A program made the position numbers and the translations under genes. 64,000 nucleotides of DNA, taken from NCBI GenBank assembly GCA_964270895.1, contig OZ185440.1; one strand, given 5' to 3'. The DNA comes from Podarcis filfolensis (Eukaryota). How positions within the stretch are numbered: position 1 is the first letter of the stretch; the number at the start of each line of letters is the position of its first letter. Below the pieces are notes generated by a model that searched no databases, was not told where the DNA came from, and was given only the letters and a program-made list of their open reading frames with translations. This document shows positions 26,101 through 38,500 of this stretch, one piece after another.

Positions 26101-28554
26101 GGCAATGGTTATCCAAGGTCTGAGCTAGAGTTCTTTTGCTCTCAGCCCTCATTCTGCATGCAAAGCATGTGTTCTGCCACCTTGAACCCTGCATGATGGA
26201 GAACAGAGAATGCCTCTTCTAAGAGGATGCTTGCTGCAATATCCCTATTTATCACTTAAAGCAAAGAATTACTGCTTTTTTCTTTAGAAAATGCTTTTTT
26301 CATCATATTTAATTAATTGCTCAATCAGCTACAACTCATACTATTTATCAATTAAGATTTCATTAGTGGCACAATACATGTAACAAATAAAGATTGCAGT
26401 TTAAGAACCGGCAAAAGCAGAGCCTTGTAGCACCTAAAGAGCATGGCTCAGGACATTTTTTAAAACCTGCTAACATCTAATTCCATAAACAGCTTACTTC
26501 AGGACAGACATGCTGAGGCCAGATTGAAATCAATGGAATTATTCCAGGACTATTGTAGAGGAAGTATAATAGACTATATAAAACACAGTACAGTAACGAC
26601 TGAAAGCGGTCTTTACCTTGCTGAGTAGTCCAAAACGTGGGGTTGTTCTTGCTCCCATGGTGTAACCTTTAGTACTCTCTGGTCTGCGAGCCAATTGGTA
26701 TAGAAGGTTGTCCTTCTATTAATTTTTATTTAGGAAAGAAAAGCACTTTGGTTATTACAATGCTACACATTTTATACACTTTACTATTTGTTATATTCAT
26801 ACATCACCCTTCTTCCAAGGAGCAGTGTACATAGTTCCTGAAACATTTAATCCTTAAAATCCTGTGAGATAGGGGCATAGGCACCAACTTGAACAAAGTA
26901 TTGAGGCACAATGCAAAGGGCAGCCCATTTTTAGACGCAGTTCCACTGAGAGTATGGATACCAAATTTCCTTTCTTTACTTCAAAGTGAAGATACGTAGA
27001 GAGAAAATACAGCTAAATCAAATACAGTATAGTTTACCTCTGCATAGTTATAAGCTCCAGGTCCACGATCAGGATCACCTTTAATTGGCACATTCTCATT
27101 GCCTAACCGATCTGGAGGGTAAAAAACGGGGAATATTCTTCTCTCCTGGCACGATCCAAATGAGTTTCGTTGCTGTGCAGCTGCAAAAACCAGGAATAGT
27201 TATGAGTGTCATTTAGAAAGAATACCATCCGACTTGCAGCATGTACTGCTACTACCGACAAATGATGGGATACAAAAATAAATAAAGGTATGGTGCATTT
27301 TTCTGCCAATTGTACTGTCATCAGCAGTGACTTGTGAGGGGGAGCAGAAGCTACAGTGTCCTCCTAGCAGTGATGGGAGGGGATGTGGCAGCAAGATTGG
27401 GGAAGCCCCAGGGTAGTGGTGGTGACCCTGCAGATGCACACTTCCCCTGAAATGCCCCTTGTACTGAATTCAGCCTGGGAGCCAACTGCGGTCAAAGCAT
27501 ATTGGAATAATGGTGGACATCTAACTTCAAATGAACAATGAAATTCCATTATCATACACAGTGGTGGGAATGTTTGAACAACTAGTAATCAATAAGAATT
27601 AAAATGGGATGTTTTATACGCAGGGATGGAAATAAACAGAAATGACAAGTGAACAGAAATGACTTCTTCAGCTCCAGGACTGAGAATTATTTTTTGTGCG
27701 ATCTCTTTTCATTGTTAAATGTTAAAACATAAAGCAAGAACCACTCTGACCTTGGGGTCCTACTGAATTCCACTGGACTCACTCCCAGTAAAGTGTGTAA
27801 AAGAGGTGGACAGCTCAGCTGGTTAGAGTAGGGTGCTGATAATGCCAAGGTTGCAGGTTTGATCCCGTTATGGGACAACTGCATATTCCTGCAATGCAGG
27901 GGGCTGGACTAGATGATCCCCAGGGTCCCTTTCAACTCTACAATTCTGTGATTGCTACCCTACATTGCGTAGAGTTAAACATGAAAAATTTGCTGTGGCT
28001 CCAGTCATGACGAAGACTGCTCTGCATGGTCTGCTAGCATGCCCCAGAATCCTTTGCAACATGCAGCTGATTCCTGGGCAGACAACTGCAAGTTTTACAG
28101 TATCACCAGAGGGTAAAAAACCCTATTGGTTTACCACTACCCTTGGCGTGTATTTCTCATTTGGGGACTCTAAATGGCCATATGTTTAGGTTGTGTACAC
28201 ACTCGAAAGCACGTTCTGTAGAATTCAAATAATTCTATGTAACCCCACACAGAGTTACATTTCCCAACAACGCCAAACACACTACAGTGCCCGGAATTCT
28301 TTGAGGGAAATTATGTGCTTTCAATGTATGTGGTGTGTAACTACGGCGAAAGAAAGGGGTGGGCTAAACTGTCTGAGGGAAAGATCCCGTTTCAGCTCAG
28401 CAAAAGCTCCCTTTTCAGCCCATTCCCCGGACGGGGGAGAAGGGAGACGTGAGCTCGCCTGGCGCACCTGGGCGACCTGCTCGCCTCACACTCGTTCTGG
28501 CCAATCCGTGCCCGCCTCACCTGAGAGCTCCCACGTCAGCTGGCGTTGTCCCAT
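23121..28554 (-). CDS. PIFO: Pitchfork / ciliary microtubule-associated protein 3 (PIFO/CIMAP3), 201 aa
   Basis: Exons 28554-28521, 27180-27038, 26715-26617, 25333-25194, 24040-23923, 23192-23121; all GT-AG, phases consistent, 606 nt. Motifs SFGSCQERRIFP, RGPGAY, KGYTMGART, PGTYDP, WPGKFGAPDW, DKEFRKHRNLVAYLSIYY match PIFO as I recall it; PIFO is the known CHIA neighbour. Confidence 0.93.
23316..23887 (-). mobile_element. LTR-like repeat in PIFO intron 5
   Basis: TGTGACA start on the minus strand and a purine-rich body like the LTR-like element at 47961-48954; boundaries and TSD unresolved. Confidence 0.35.
24428..24767. mobile_element. hAT-type MITE
   Basis: Imperfect TIRs CAGGGCAGTCCA / TGGACCACCCTG, GGGCTG subterminal motifs, AT-rich core. 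Confidence 0.5.
27805..27953 (+). mobile_element. tRNA-derived SINE with CR1-like tail, in PIFO intron 1
   Basis: A-box (AGCTCAGCTGGTTAGAG) and B-box-like (GGTTTGATCCC) head followed by GGACTAGATGATC...CAACTCTACAATTCT tail; not a functional tRNA. Confidence 0.7.
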
Positions 28555-28595
28555 GACCAAGCTGAGGGCGCTCCTCTTGTGTGCCGAGCCTCCCT

Positions 28596-28609
28596 GTTGC
28601 CATGGAAAT
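28596..28609. promoter_or_regulatory. RFX X-box in the CpG-rich PIFO promoter
   Basis: GTTGCCATGGAAAT, 42 nt upstream of the PIFO ATG, close to the palindromic X-box GTTGCCATGGCAAC; CCGGAAG (ETS-like) and TACGTCA (CRE-like) lie nearby. Confidence 0.7.
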
Positions 28610-30248
28610 GCACCGAGGTGGAATCTATTCGCAACGCCCGGAAGACCTGAGCGGTAGTACGTCATTTCGTCCGAGCTATGGACAAAAGCTGCGGCAGGGA
28701 GAGAGGACCAGAAAAAGCACACACGTGTGTTTACTCGCCGGGCGCTGGGGAGGTTCAACCACGTGTTCCAAATATGTATATTTCTAAGTGTAACTAGTGC
28801 TTATTTTATTGTAGCCATCCTAGCTCTTCTCCCATTTGCGTGCGTTTTTAATTCCTAAATTGGCCCATTTGGCTCAAGTCGTCTTCTTCTGACTGAGAGC
28901 AGAGCGAGAAAGAGAGTATACACACGTACTGTTCTTAACAATGGTGGTGATGAGGGAGGATGTATCTTATAGGTAGGAGGCTCCAATCTCGGACCTGCAT
29001 TCAGTTACAGGGCTTACCCCGGAGCATGGGAAGTAGTGCTGAAAAAGTAGAAGGAGCTTGGACTACGACTCCTATCACCCCTGAGCATTGGCTAAGCTGT
29101 GTGGGAATGGTGAGAGTTGTAGTCCTACAATAGCGAGGGACCCAAGGTTGTAGACAGGTGCAGCCAGAACGAACCTGTTCTCCTTGATCAAAACAAATCG
29201 GTGATGGAGGGGCAGTACCACCTTATACATTATAGTGGAAAGGTATAATAAACAAGTTATGCTGCTTGTTCAACTAGAGCTTAATCAAGTCAGGTTTTTC
29301 TCTCTTCTAATTTCTGAATGATTTATGGGTTGGCTCAAATGCTTGCATTAGTCAAATTGCTTTAATTTAGTTTAATTTAATTAATAAAAATACCTCTTCT
29401 CCCAGGCCCTTGACTAATTAAACAATCTATGGCCTTTAATGATTCATCCTGTGTGTGCACAGGATGGGTATTCTTTTCATTTGCTTCTATGGTATGTATT
29501 TTTGTGTTTTGATATTGTAAACCAACTTTTGATCCTCAGGTGAAGGTGGCTGTAGAAATTTAAGAAATAAATACACTTAAGCTGGGATACCACTTCAAGA
29601 GCAGCAGATTGGTGCTAAGTGCTATGCAGCTGGAGAACACTTCCTTCCATTGCTAAGATGCTGTAGGGAAAGAAGTCAGTAATGCTACTTTAATTATATT
29701 AAAAATGGTGAGAGGGACTTATTTATTTGTTTACCATCATTAGTGTGCCTGGTATTTTGCAGAGTGCAAAAGGACAGATCCTTGCCCTGTGGAGCTTACA
29801 GTCTCACAGTCTTGACAGAAGGGAAGGAAGTGGAGGCAGGGCTAAAGAGGGTAAGAATATGTACTTAGGCTTGGTTGTTGTAGGGCATGGGGACTAAAGT
29901 CTTTTCATACCAATGCCATGATCCGTACTGTGTGGCATGTGCACCTTTTTTAGTCACTCTTGATCATTAAGAGCTATTTGTTTTTGAGACTTAATGGGTT
30001 CTGCTGCCTCACACACCTTTTTGCTTTGTTCTCTTGCCTGCTCCTCCTTTTCGATGGTGCTAATGCACCATAGTGACCTCTACAGCCCTGTTGCTTGATG
30101 ACTGAAAATTATGGAGTCAGGCATTTTTAAAAATTACAAAATGGTAAAGAACCTCAGGACCCCAAAGTCCAGTCAAAGGTGACTATGCGGTTGGGGCACT
30201 CATCTCGTTTGTCCACAGACAGCTTTCCAGGACGGACCTTTATAAGTA

Positions 30249-30463
30249 CAGTGGTACCTCGGGTTAAGAACTTAATTCGTTCTGGAGGTCCGTTCTTAAC
30301 CTGAAACTGTTCTTAACCTGAGGTACCACTTAAGCTAATGGGGACTCCCGCTGCCACCGCACGATTTCTGTTTTCATCCTGAAGCTAAGTTCTTAACCTG
30401 AGGTACTATTTTTGGGTTAGTGGAGTCTGTAACCTGAAGCATCTGTAACCCGAGGTACCACTG
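30249..30463. mobile_element. Tc1/mariner (Tigger-like) MITE
   Basis: Perfect 18-bp TIR CAGTGGTACCTCGGGTTA with TA target duplication on both sides. Confidence 0.85.
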
Positions 30464-30983
30464 TAGTCTAGCCTGCCATTATGTTGCTTGCCACAAACCT
30501 GCCAGCTGACTCTCCCTTGTCCTACTATTCCTAGTCATTTGCCAATCCTTGACTCATCTTTGCACCATTCTCTTGCAGATCCTTTGTTCGGGACTGCTTA
30601 ACTTTTATGTACAGCACCTAGGACACTGTTGGCACTTGATGAATGTCACATTGAAATACGTGGGCCTGAGTATGAACTCTGAAATATTAAGTGGTATGAA
30701 CTCACACAGAAGATAAATTCTAAATAGATTATACTAACTAACAGCATGTACCCGGCAAAACCCCCACAAAAACTGGCTTACCTGGCCATACATTTGAACC
30801 TGACTTCAGTGGCATGGTAGAGCATAAATCTAACAGGGACAGATAAAAGTAGCTGATCTCTTTCCCCCTCTCAAATAACAGAACTGTGGTTCTTTTCAGG
30901 GACAGCCAAGCCTGACATCATACATACTATAGAACTGTAACCCTTGGATCGCTTTGGTCTAATTATGACATAACAGTCTACAT

Positions 30984-31233
30984 CAGGAGTCAACAACCTT
31001 TTTCAGCCGTAGGCTGGTCCACCGTCCCTCAGACCATGTGGTGGGCTGGACTATATTTTTTGGGGGGAAATGAACAAATTCCTATGCCCCACAAATAACC
31101 CAGAAATGCATTTTAAATAAAAGCACACATTCTACTCATGTAAAAACATGCTGATTCCCAGACTGTCCACGGGCCGGATTGAGAAGGCAATTGGGCTGCA
31201 TCCGGCCCACGGGCCCTAGGTTGCCTACCTCTG
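30984..31233. mobile_element. hAT/Charlie-type MITE
   Basis: TIR-like CAGGAGTCAACAACCT / AGGTTGCCTACCTCTG; 8-bp TSD GTCTACAT/GTCTGCAT. Confidence 0.75.
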
Positions 31234-32016
31234 GTCTGCATCATTTTTATAAAACAGTGGAGGGGTAGTGTCATCAGGGCACAACTTCTCTATGGAAGAA
31301 GCTGTTTCTTTTATAGTCATGAGACATATTTGGCATGATGTGGAGTCTCTGTTTTCTAGAGCATTGATCTTCAGTTGTGGGTTGGACCCAATATTGCATC
31401 CCAAGGTGCTTTAATGTGGGACATATCAGCAGTGCTACCACCAGACAAATATATGGCATTAAATAAATGATTCCGCAAATGCATTTCTGGGTTATAGGTG
31501 AGCCTGAAAAAGTTGAAGACTACAGTTCTAGAGTATGAGTTACAGCACAGTATTCCTCACTTGAGTTTGAGGGGCCTTACCAGTTGAATCAATCCTATAC
31601 TCAGCTGAGTAGGGGATTGCAGCTATACATGGTTGCCAAAACATTTCCTCCATCACTGCACCCTTTTGGGGAATGACCAGTTTCCAGTTTCCATCATTCC
31701 TGGAGAACCAGGTTTCCCCTTCAGATGCCCTGTGCCATCCAAGATGACTCAACTTTCAGACCTCTGCTCTTGGATCATGATGGTAAGTGTAAAGGATGAT
31801 GAGCATATACTGTATACAAGCAGAATTGCTGCAGAATGTTTTTCCACAGCTTAATTCTGTGCTGGCCATGATGTTGCCACTATTCACAAAGGCACCAAAC
31901 TGGGCAAATGACAGGCTATGCTTTGGATGCTGCAGAAGCAATGTATTAATGTAAGTGTCCTTTTCATTAAACACAAAATTAACAGTTTGTTAATAATGAA
32001 TTCTAAAGAAATAACT

Positions 32017-32370
32017 GGGACGCGGGTGGCGCTGTGGGTTAAACCACAGAGCCTAGGACTTGTTGATCAGAAGGTCGGCAGTTCAAATCCCCATGACGGG
32101 GTGAGCTCCCGTTGCTAGGTCCCTGCTCCTGCCAACCTAGCAGTTTGAAAGCATGTCAAAGTGCAAGTAGATAAATAGGTATCGCTCCAGTGGGAAGGTA
32201 AACAGCGTTTCTGTGCGCTGCTCTGGTTCGACAGAAGCAGCTTAGTCATGCTGGCCACATGATCTGAAAGCTATACGCTGGCTCCCTCGGTCAGTAAAGC
32301 GAGATGAGTGCCGCAACCCCAGAGATGGCCATGACTGGACCTAACGGTCAGGGGTCCCTTTACCTTTACC
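32017..32370 (+). mobile_element. Full-length Sauria-type SINE
   Basis: GGGACGCGGGTGGCGCTGTGGGTT head, (ACCTTT)n tail, 13-bp TSD TAAAGAAATAACT (32004-32016, 32371-32383). Confidence 0.9.
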
Positions 32371-32510
32371 TAAAGAAATAACTATGTAATGCCAAAACAT
32401 TATAATGAAGGAGATGAACACACTAGGCTTTAACTTGCACGCTTTTATTTCTTAATTTTCTGCCATGAGTTTAAATTGAAAAGCCTAGGTAAGAGCTGGA
32501 TAATCTTGTT

Positions 32511-35500
32511 TTATGCCCAGTTGCAGCATTCACAGCTTGTATCAAAGACCAAGCCAGCCTGGCAATTCTGCTCATAGGTGACTCCATTCAGACAGTGCCA
32601 GAAAGCATTTCTGTTGTTGGCCACGGGGTACAGACCATTGGCTTTGCCAGCACAGAAACCGCTACCACCACTGCTGCCACTGCCAGAACTTCCACTGCCA
32701 GAGCTTCCACTGCCACTTCCTCCACCGCTAGGAGCAGCTGTGATTGGAGGATTGGGTTGGGCAGGAGCGGTACAGCCTGAAATAGAAAGAAAGCATTACA
32801 CACTTAGATGTATAGGATCAGAAGCAATGATTCTTCAACATCAACTTCGTTGGACTGGTCATGTTGTGCGGATGTCTGATTATCATCTTCCAAAGCATCT
32901 ACTCTATTCTGAACTTAAAAATGGAAAGTGTAATGCTGGTGGTCAACAAAAGAGGTTTAAAGACTGTCTCAAGGCAAATCTTAAAAAAGTAGTATAAACA
33001 CATCTGGGAAACAATGGCCTGCGAGCGCTCTAGTTGGAGAACAGCCTTTACCAAAGGTGTCATGGACTTTGAAGACACTCGAACTCAGAACGCAAGGGAG
33101 AAACGTGCTAAGAGGAAGGCACGCTTGGCAAATCCACATCGTGATCAACTCCCGCCCGGGAACCAATGTCCCCACTGTGGAAGGACGTGTGGGTCCAGAA
33201 TTGGCCTCCACAGTCACTTACGGACTCATTGTTAAAACTGTGTTTATGGAAGACAATCTTACTTGGCTAAGAGTGATCGCCAAAGAAGAAGAAGACAGGA
33301 TCAGTATTGCACGTATTCTTCCTTTGTCCCTAATTAGTTGTTATTTAATTTAATTATAGTCAGAACCTCTTGAAATGGTAAAAGCTTGGTGGAACAAAAA
33401 TGCCTTTACTAAAAGGTCTAAAAACAATGGGTAGGATGACTTCTGTGCTAGGCTATAGTTTCCAAGATCAGTTTCACAAAAGCAGAAGGTATTGTTGTTT
33501 GTCATTGCTCTAATCTTTTCTCTCTTGCTGCCTTGTTTGCTTGAAAACTGCATGATGCCACCCAGTGGCGTAGTGTGGGGGGTGCAGAGGGGGCCAGCCA
33601 CACCGGGCGCGACATCGGGGGGGGGCGCTCGCACTCACAGCTCTCTGCCCCTAAAATCCTACGGGTTAAAATCCACGGGTTAGGGGGCGCAAATTACTTG
33701 CCTTGCCCCGGGTGCTGATAACCCACGCTACGCCACTGATGCCACCTCTCCCATCTCCCTCCAAAACCTCCTTCAAAGCTCACCTTTTTGTGAAGCCTTT
33801 GGCTGAACCCCTTAGTTCCCATGCTCTGCTGAATTAGGGGATCTGCCAGTTTCTGTTCTCTTAGTTTCTCATTTTTCTAATCTTAATCCAGAATGTATCC
33901 TATGATGTGCATGATGCTCCATGCTCGAACCATTTGTATGTGTTTTAAGAAAAGTGGTGTGTTTTTTTTATTATTAGCATTACTGAGACATGACTGTATT
34001 GCCATTTATCCAAATGTTAATTTGAGAAAGCGTCTTGTTGCTGGTACTTACTGGTGCTTTGAAGACCAAGGGCATTCTTCAGGGCAGTGATCAAGGGGTA
34101 TTTGCCTTGGTTGCAGAAAGTTCCAGTGAAGTCATCCAAGTCAATGGCCCAAACCATGGCACCTCCAAAGTTGTTCTTCATCAGCCATTCAGCCTTTGAA
34201 GAAAGAAACAAAAAAACCAGTCCTGAACCTACCAGGACATTCTAATGCACCAGAATGAATGTATGCTTTTGTGAGATGGATACCATACCTTGATCTGGAA
34301 GCTCTTGATGTTGTCATAGCCCACCCATTCATTGCCTTTGTAAGCATAAGGGACATCTTGAGGACCATCCCAAGCTTGAGTGGCTCCATTCTTCAGGAAG
34401 GTGCAGATCTGGAAGGGAGCAGACACACAATATTACCAGCTTACATGCTTGAAGAATAGCTTGCCACAGGGCTTGGGGAGGAGATGCTTTGTGCTATAAC
34501 TGACTTATTAGTTTTTAAACATGATTTTAAAGCTGTTTATCTTTGTCAGAAGATTCCTCTGATCTTATGTCTCCATTGCTTGACTCTGTAATGCACATTA
34601 AGGAGTGTGTCAAGAACAAAGCTAGTCAGGTTTTATCTCCCAGGAAAGAAATTTAAAACAATTTTAGCACGAACTCAGATTTCATATGTTGCCTTCAAAC
34701 AGAAAAACTATGGGTTATTTGGAAATGTTTGTTTGACACAGTTCTTCTTGCACCTAATGCTGCAATAAGCACTGTATAAATTAAAAAATAAACACAGTTA
34801 CTGCCAGTAACCTACAGCAATCTTATATTTAATTTGAGTTTATCTTGTATTGCTGTTTTTGTACATTTGAGTTATGAAATATTTTTTGTCTGTGTTCTGC
34901 TATTTTTAAAAATATAGTTGCTCGAGAAGTTGGCTATTAACACTTTTGGAATGCATAATTCCAGAAAAAGTAACCTTGTGCTATCATAGCAGTTAACTAG
35001 TTTATTCTTGCATGAAATCATATAACAATAGCAATAGCTAATTTCATGAAATGACTATAAAATAATAATAACATTATTTGCAGTACTATTTCATGCTAAG
35101 AAACAGTCCAACAATTGACCCATAATAAATTGAGACTCTTCTAAGTGTTCCTCTCACCCTAGCCTTTGCTGAACCATAAGCTTTTTATCCCCTAGAAAAA
35201 AGGGAAGCTCAGGACAGGCATTCACTGCATGGTGTTTTACTTTATTTTATATCTTTCTTGCCCTCCCCCATAGATCATAGTTCATTGGTGGGTCTCTGGG
35301 AGAAGATGCTCCACCCGGTATCTAGGTCCTGAGATGTATAGGGCCACGTATGTCAAGGCAGGCACCTTTAACTTGCCTCTGTAGCATAGTGGAGCTATTT
35401 TGCAATAGGCAGCCCCTAATTGCAGCTTCTAAACCAACACCAAAGGCAGCCCCACTTACAACACATTACAGTAAAAATCCATTTTCAGCCCATGGGTTAT

Positions 35501-38500
35501 TGTGACCAAGAATAGCTGTAGCTGATATATTAGATGAAGCTGGTCTAAGACGTTTCTTGCCATGGAGGCAATTGTGATAGATCTAGGAGCACCCCATGCT
35601 ACATACCTGTTCCTTCAGACTGAGTACAATAATCTCCAAAACAGACGCTTGCTTAATCCTCATCTCATCCTCTATCTTGTTGAGATACCAAAATCTGCCC
35701 CTAATTTCTCACGGACATAACTTTGTGGCACATACCTCATAGTAAGCCCAGAAGCCAGCTTGTCTTGTATATGGTCCAGCAGGTCCAGCCCCAGATGTTG
35801 GAGCACCAACAGCTGTGTTGGATGGGTTGCTGAGGATGAAGGTGTGTCCATAAGTTGGGAATCCAACAATGAGCTTCTCAGCTGGGGCACCGTTGTTCTT
35901 CCAATAGTTCATGGCATATTCCTATAAGGAAAACACAGTGCTAAAATGTCTCCAAAGACATAGTTGGAAGTTTCCTTGAGCGAAGTTCCTTATTTAAAGC
36001 CGATCCCTTTGGCATTTTCTGGACTTCTGGTTTGGGATCGCAAGCAGCAGGGAGCGCGGAGAAGCCACTGAGAGCTTTTCCGAGCTTCATGGGGACTTGG
36101 GGCCGACGCAAAGGCACTGTGACCCCCAAAATCTCAAGGGGGGCACCCTTGAGGGATAAGCTATCCAGCAGCGTTGGAGTGGTTCCAAAGTTTTTTTGGG
36201 TTTTTTTTTTTAAGGACCCGAGAGCGACGGGACTGAGAAACGCGAATGGTAAGCTCTGCAGACCCCGTGTAGCGATGCCTGTAGCTCCTACTGAAAAAGC
36301 GACAAACCTCCGTAACTTTAATAACAGAACCCTTAGTGTTTTTGGAGTAATTCTGCGCTAAAAATTTTGGATTAAACACTAAGTGAGATCTGGATGTAAA
36401 AGGATTCAAGTGAGGAACCCGACCTGTTTTTTCAGAGTGAAAATGGCGCAGGACATATAGTTGTAAGAGTGAAGAAAGGAAGTGACTATTCACCCGCTGT
36501 AGAGAACAGAAAAGTGAAAGTCCTCAACAATCTTTTAAGCGAGGCGAAGGAAACTAAGTAATATAAAAGTAACTGAATAGATCTCTAGAGACTTTGTATC
36601 CCTTTTGGGGGGAAGACACTAAAAACAAGAGAATGAATTGAACAGAGTGGTTATAAAGCCTCAAACGCTAATATTGAAGCACAAGGGGGAAGGAGGGGAA
36701 AGGAGAAAGGACGAAATAAAATAAAGGCTTCAAAACAAAATAATAACTTCCACTCACTTGCCCTTTTTGTTTTGAATTCGGAAATACTGAAATCTTTATA
36801 GTATAGCTTGGGCAATTGATTAAGCAAGAGTGTAAATTTCTCTTTCCCCTTCTCTTTTAAACTTTAAATTTGGACATTAACCTCCCCCCCCCAAAGAACC
36901 TGGATTTTTGACCTCTTTTTTTTTGCTTCTTTTCTCTGAGTTGTTTGGAATTCTTCATGAACTGAGCTCACAGGAACATGACCAATTTTTACTTGAACAC
37001 GTACTTCCTCCTTTTGAATGACTGGATTAAAATTTGAATACCCCTGACTCTTAAAGGTTTGGAAATTTGGATCTTTGTGGAACTGAAATATATTCGAACT
37101 TGAGAGAGGAGTGTATTTAAGATTATTGGAGGATATATTTATACTCATTTGATGGACTGGACTTGATTTCTGGTTTTTTGGACCTCTGGATCTTCTTTAA
37201 TCATAGCCCAATATTGGATTAAGCCAGCAAGTGGCTGAAGAGCACAGAATTTAGAAGCTAAGTAAATAACTTAGAGATGCATGAGTTGATAGATAAGAAA
37301 ATAGAGGGAGCAGTAGGAGAATTGTCAAGTAAAATTAAAGACTTGACAGTTCGGTCAAAGACTTTGGAAGAAACAAATAAAAAAATACAAAAAGAAATGA
37401 AAGAACAAAGAAAGGAGACAGATAGGATAAAGGATGAGATAGGAGAACTAAACAGAAATCAAGATCAAGTTTTGGACAATTTAGCGATGATTGAAATGAA
37501 ACAAAAACAGTTAAATTTGAAATTTAGGGGAGTAGGAGAAGAAATAAATGAAAACATTAAAGAAAAAATGACCAAAGAACTAGCGAAATGGTTAGAACTG
37601 AAAGAAGAAGAGGTTGCATATATGATGGAAAACGCTTTCAGAATAAAAACAAAGACCAAACAGATAAAATCAAAAAAAGTCGCAGGAGACTAGTTATTTT
37701 CAACTTGATAGAGATGAAAAATATGATATTAAGAATAAGCTATTAAAAAAATTAATTATTGATGGCAGACCAATCATCATCTTTAAAGAGATACCAACCA
37801 GACTCCTGCGCAAAAGGGAAGGTTATAAACAGCTGGCAAGCGTCCTAAAAAAGAATAGTATACAATATAGATGGGAGTTCCCTGAAGGGATTTCCTTTTT
37901 TTTATAAAGATAAAAGATTTAGGATTGCCGAGACCCAAGAAGTGAAGAAATTTTTGCGTAGATACGAGAAAGAGCTAGGAAGAGTAGAGGAGAGATATGA
38001 AGGAAGAAATGAGGATCCAGAGGAGAGAAGAAGGAAAAAAGAGATAGGAAAAGATCAAGAAGATAAAGGTAGAGAAGAAGGAGTAGACGAAGAAGAAGAG
38101 GAAGAGGTAGTAGTGGAAGAGGAAGAAGAAGAAGAGGAAGAGAATAGAGAAAACAAAACCACTCGAATTTAAATTATTAGTTATCTGTAAACTGGAAAGT
38201 AGTCATTAATGAATTTGAAAGTTTTGTCGTGGAATGTGAATGGTTTGAATGAAAAAACCAAAAGGAATAAAATTGTAAATGTGTTGAAAAGAAAGAATCT
38301 CGATTTAATCTGCTTACAGGAGACACACGTGACTAAAAAGCATAAACATATCCTGGTACACAAAAAGTTGGGGTTGAGTTTATAAATTGTATAGCGGAAA
38401 AGAAAAGAGGGGTAGCGATATATGTGAAAGAAAAATGGGAACCCAAAGTGATTTGTAAAGATGATGAAGGAAGGATTTTGGGGGTACAAATTAACTTCCA

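Noticed and set aside
27805-27880. tRNA-like sequence
   Set aside because: No proper acceptor stem; it continues into a retroposon tail, so it is a SINE head.
28193-28787. Overlapping ORFs at the PIFO promoter
   Set aside because: Expected by-product of GC/CpG-rich sequence; only the 34-nt PIFO first exon has a phase-consistent donor.
37277-38172. Coiled-coil and Glu-rich ORFs as a possible host gene
   Set aside because: They sit directly upstream of the L1 endonuclease and are frameshifted pieces of L1 ORF1.
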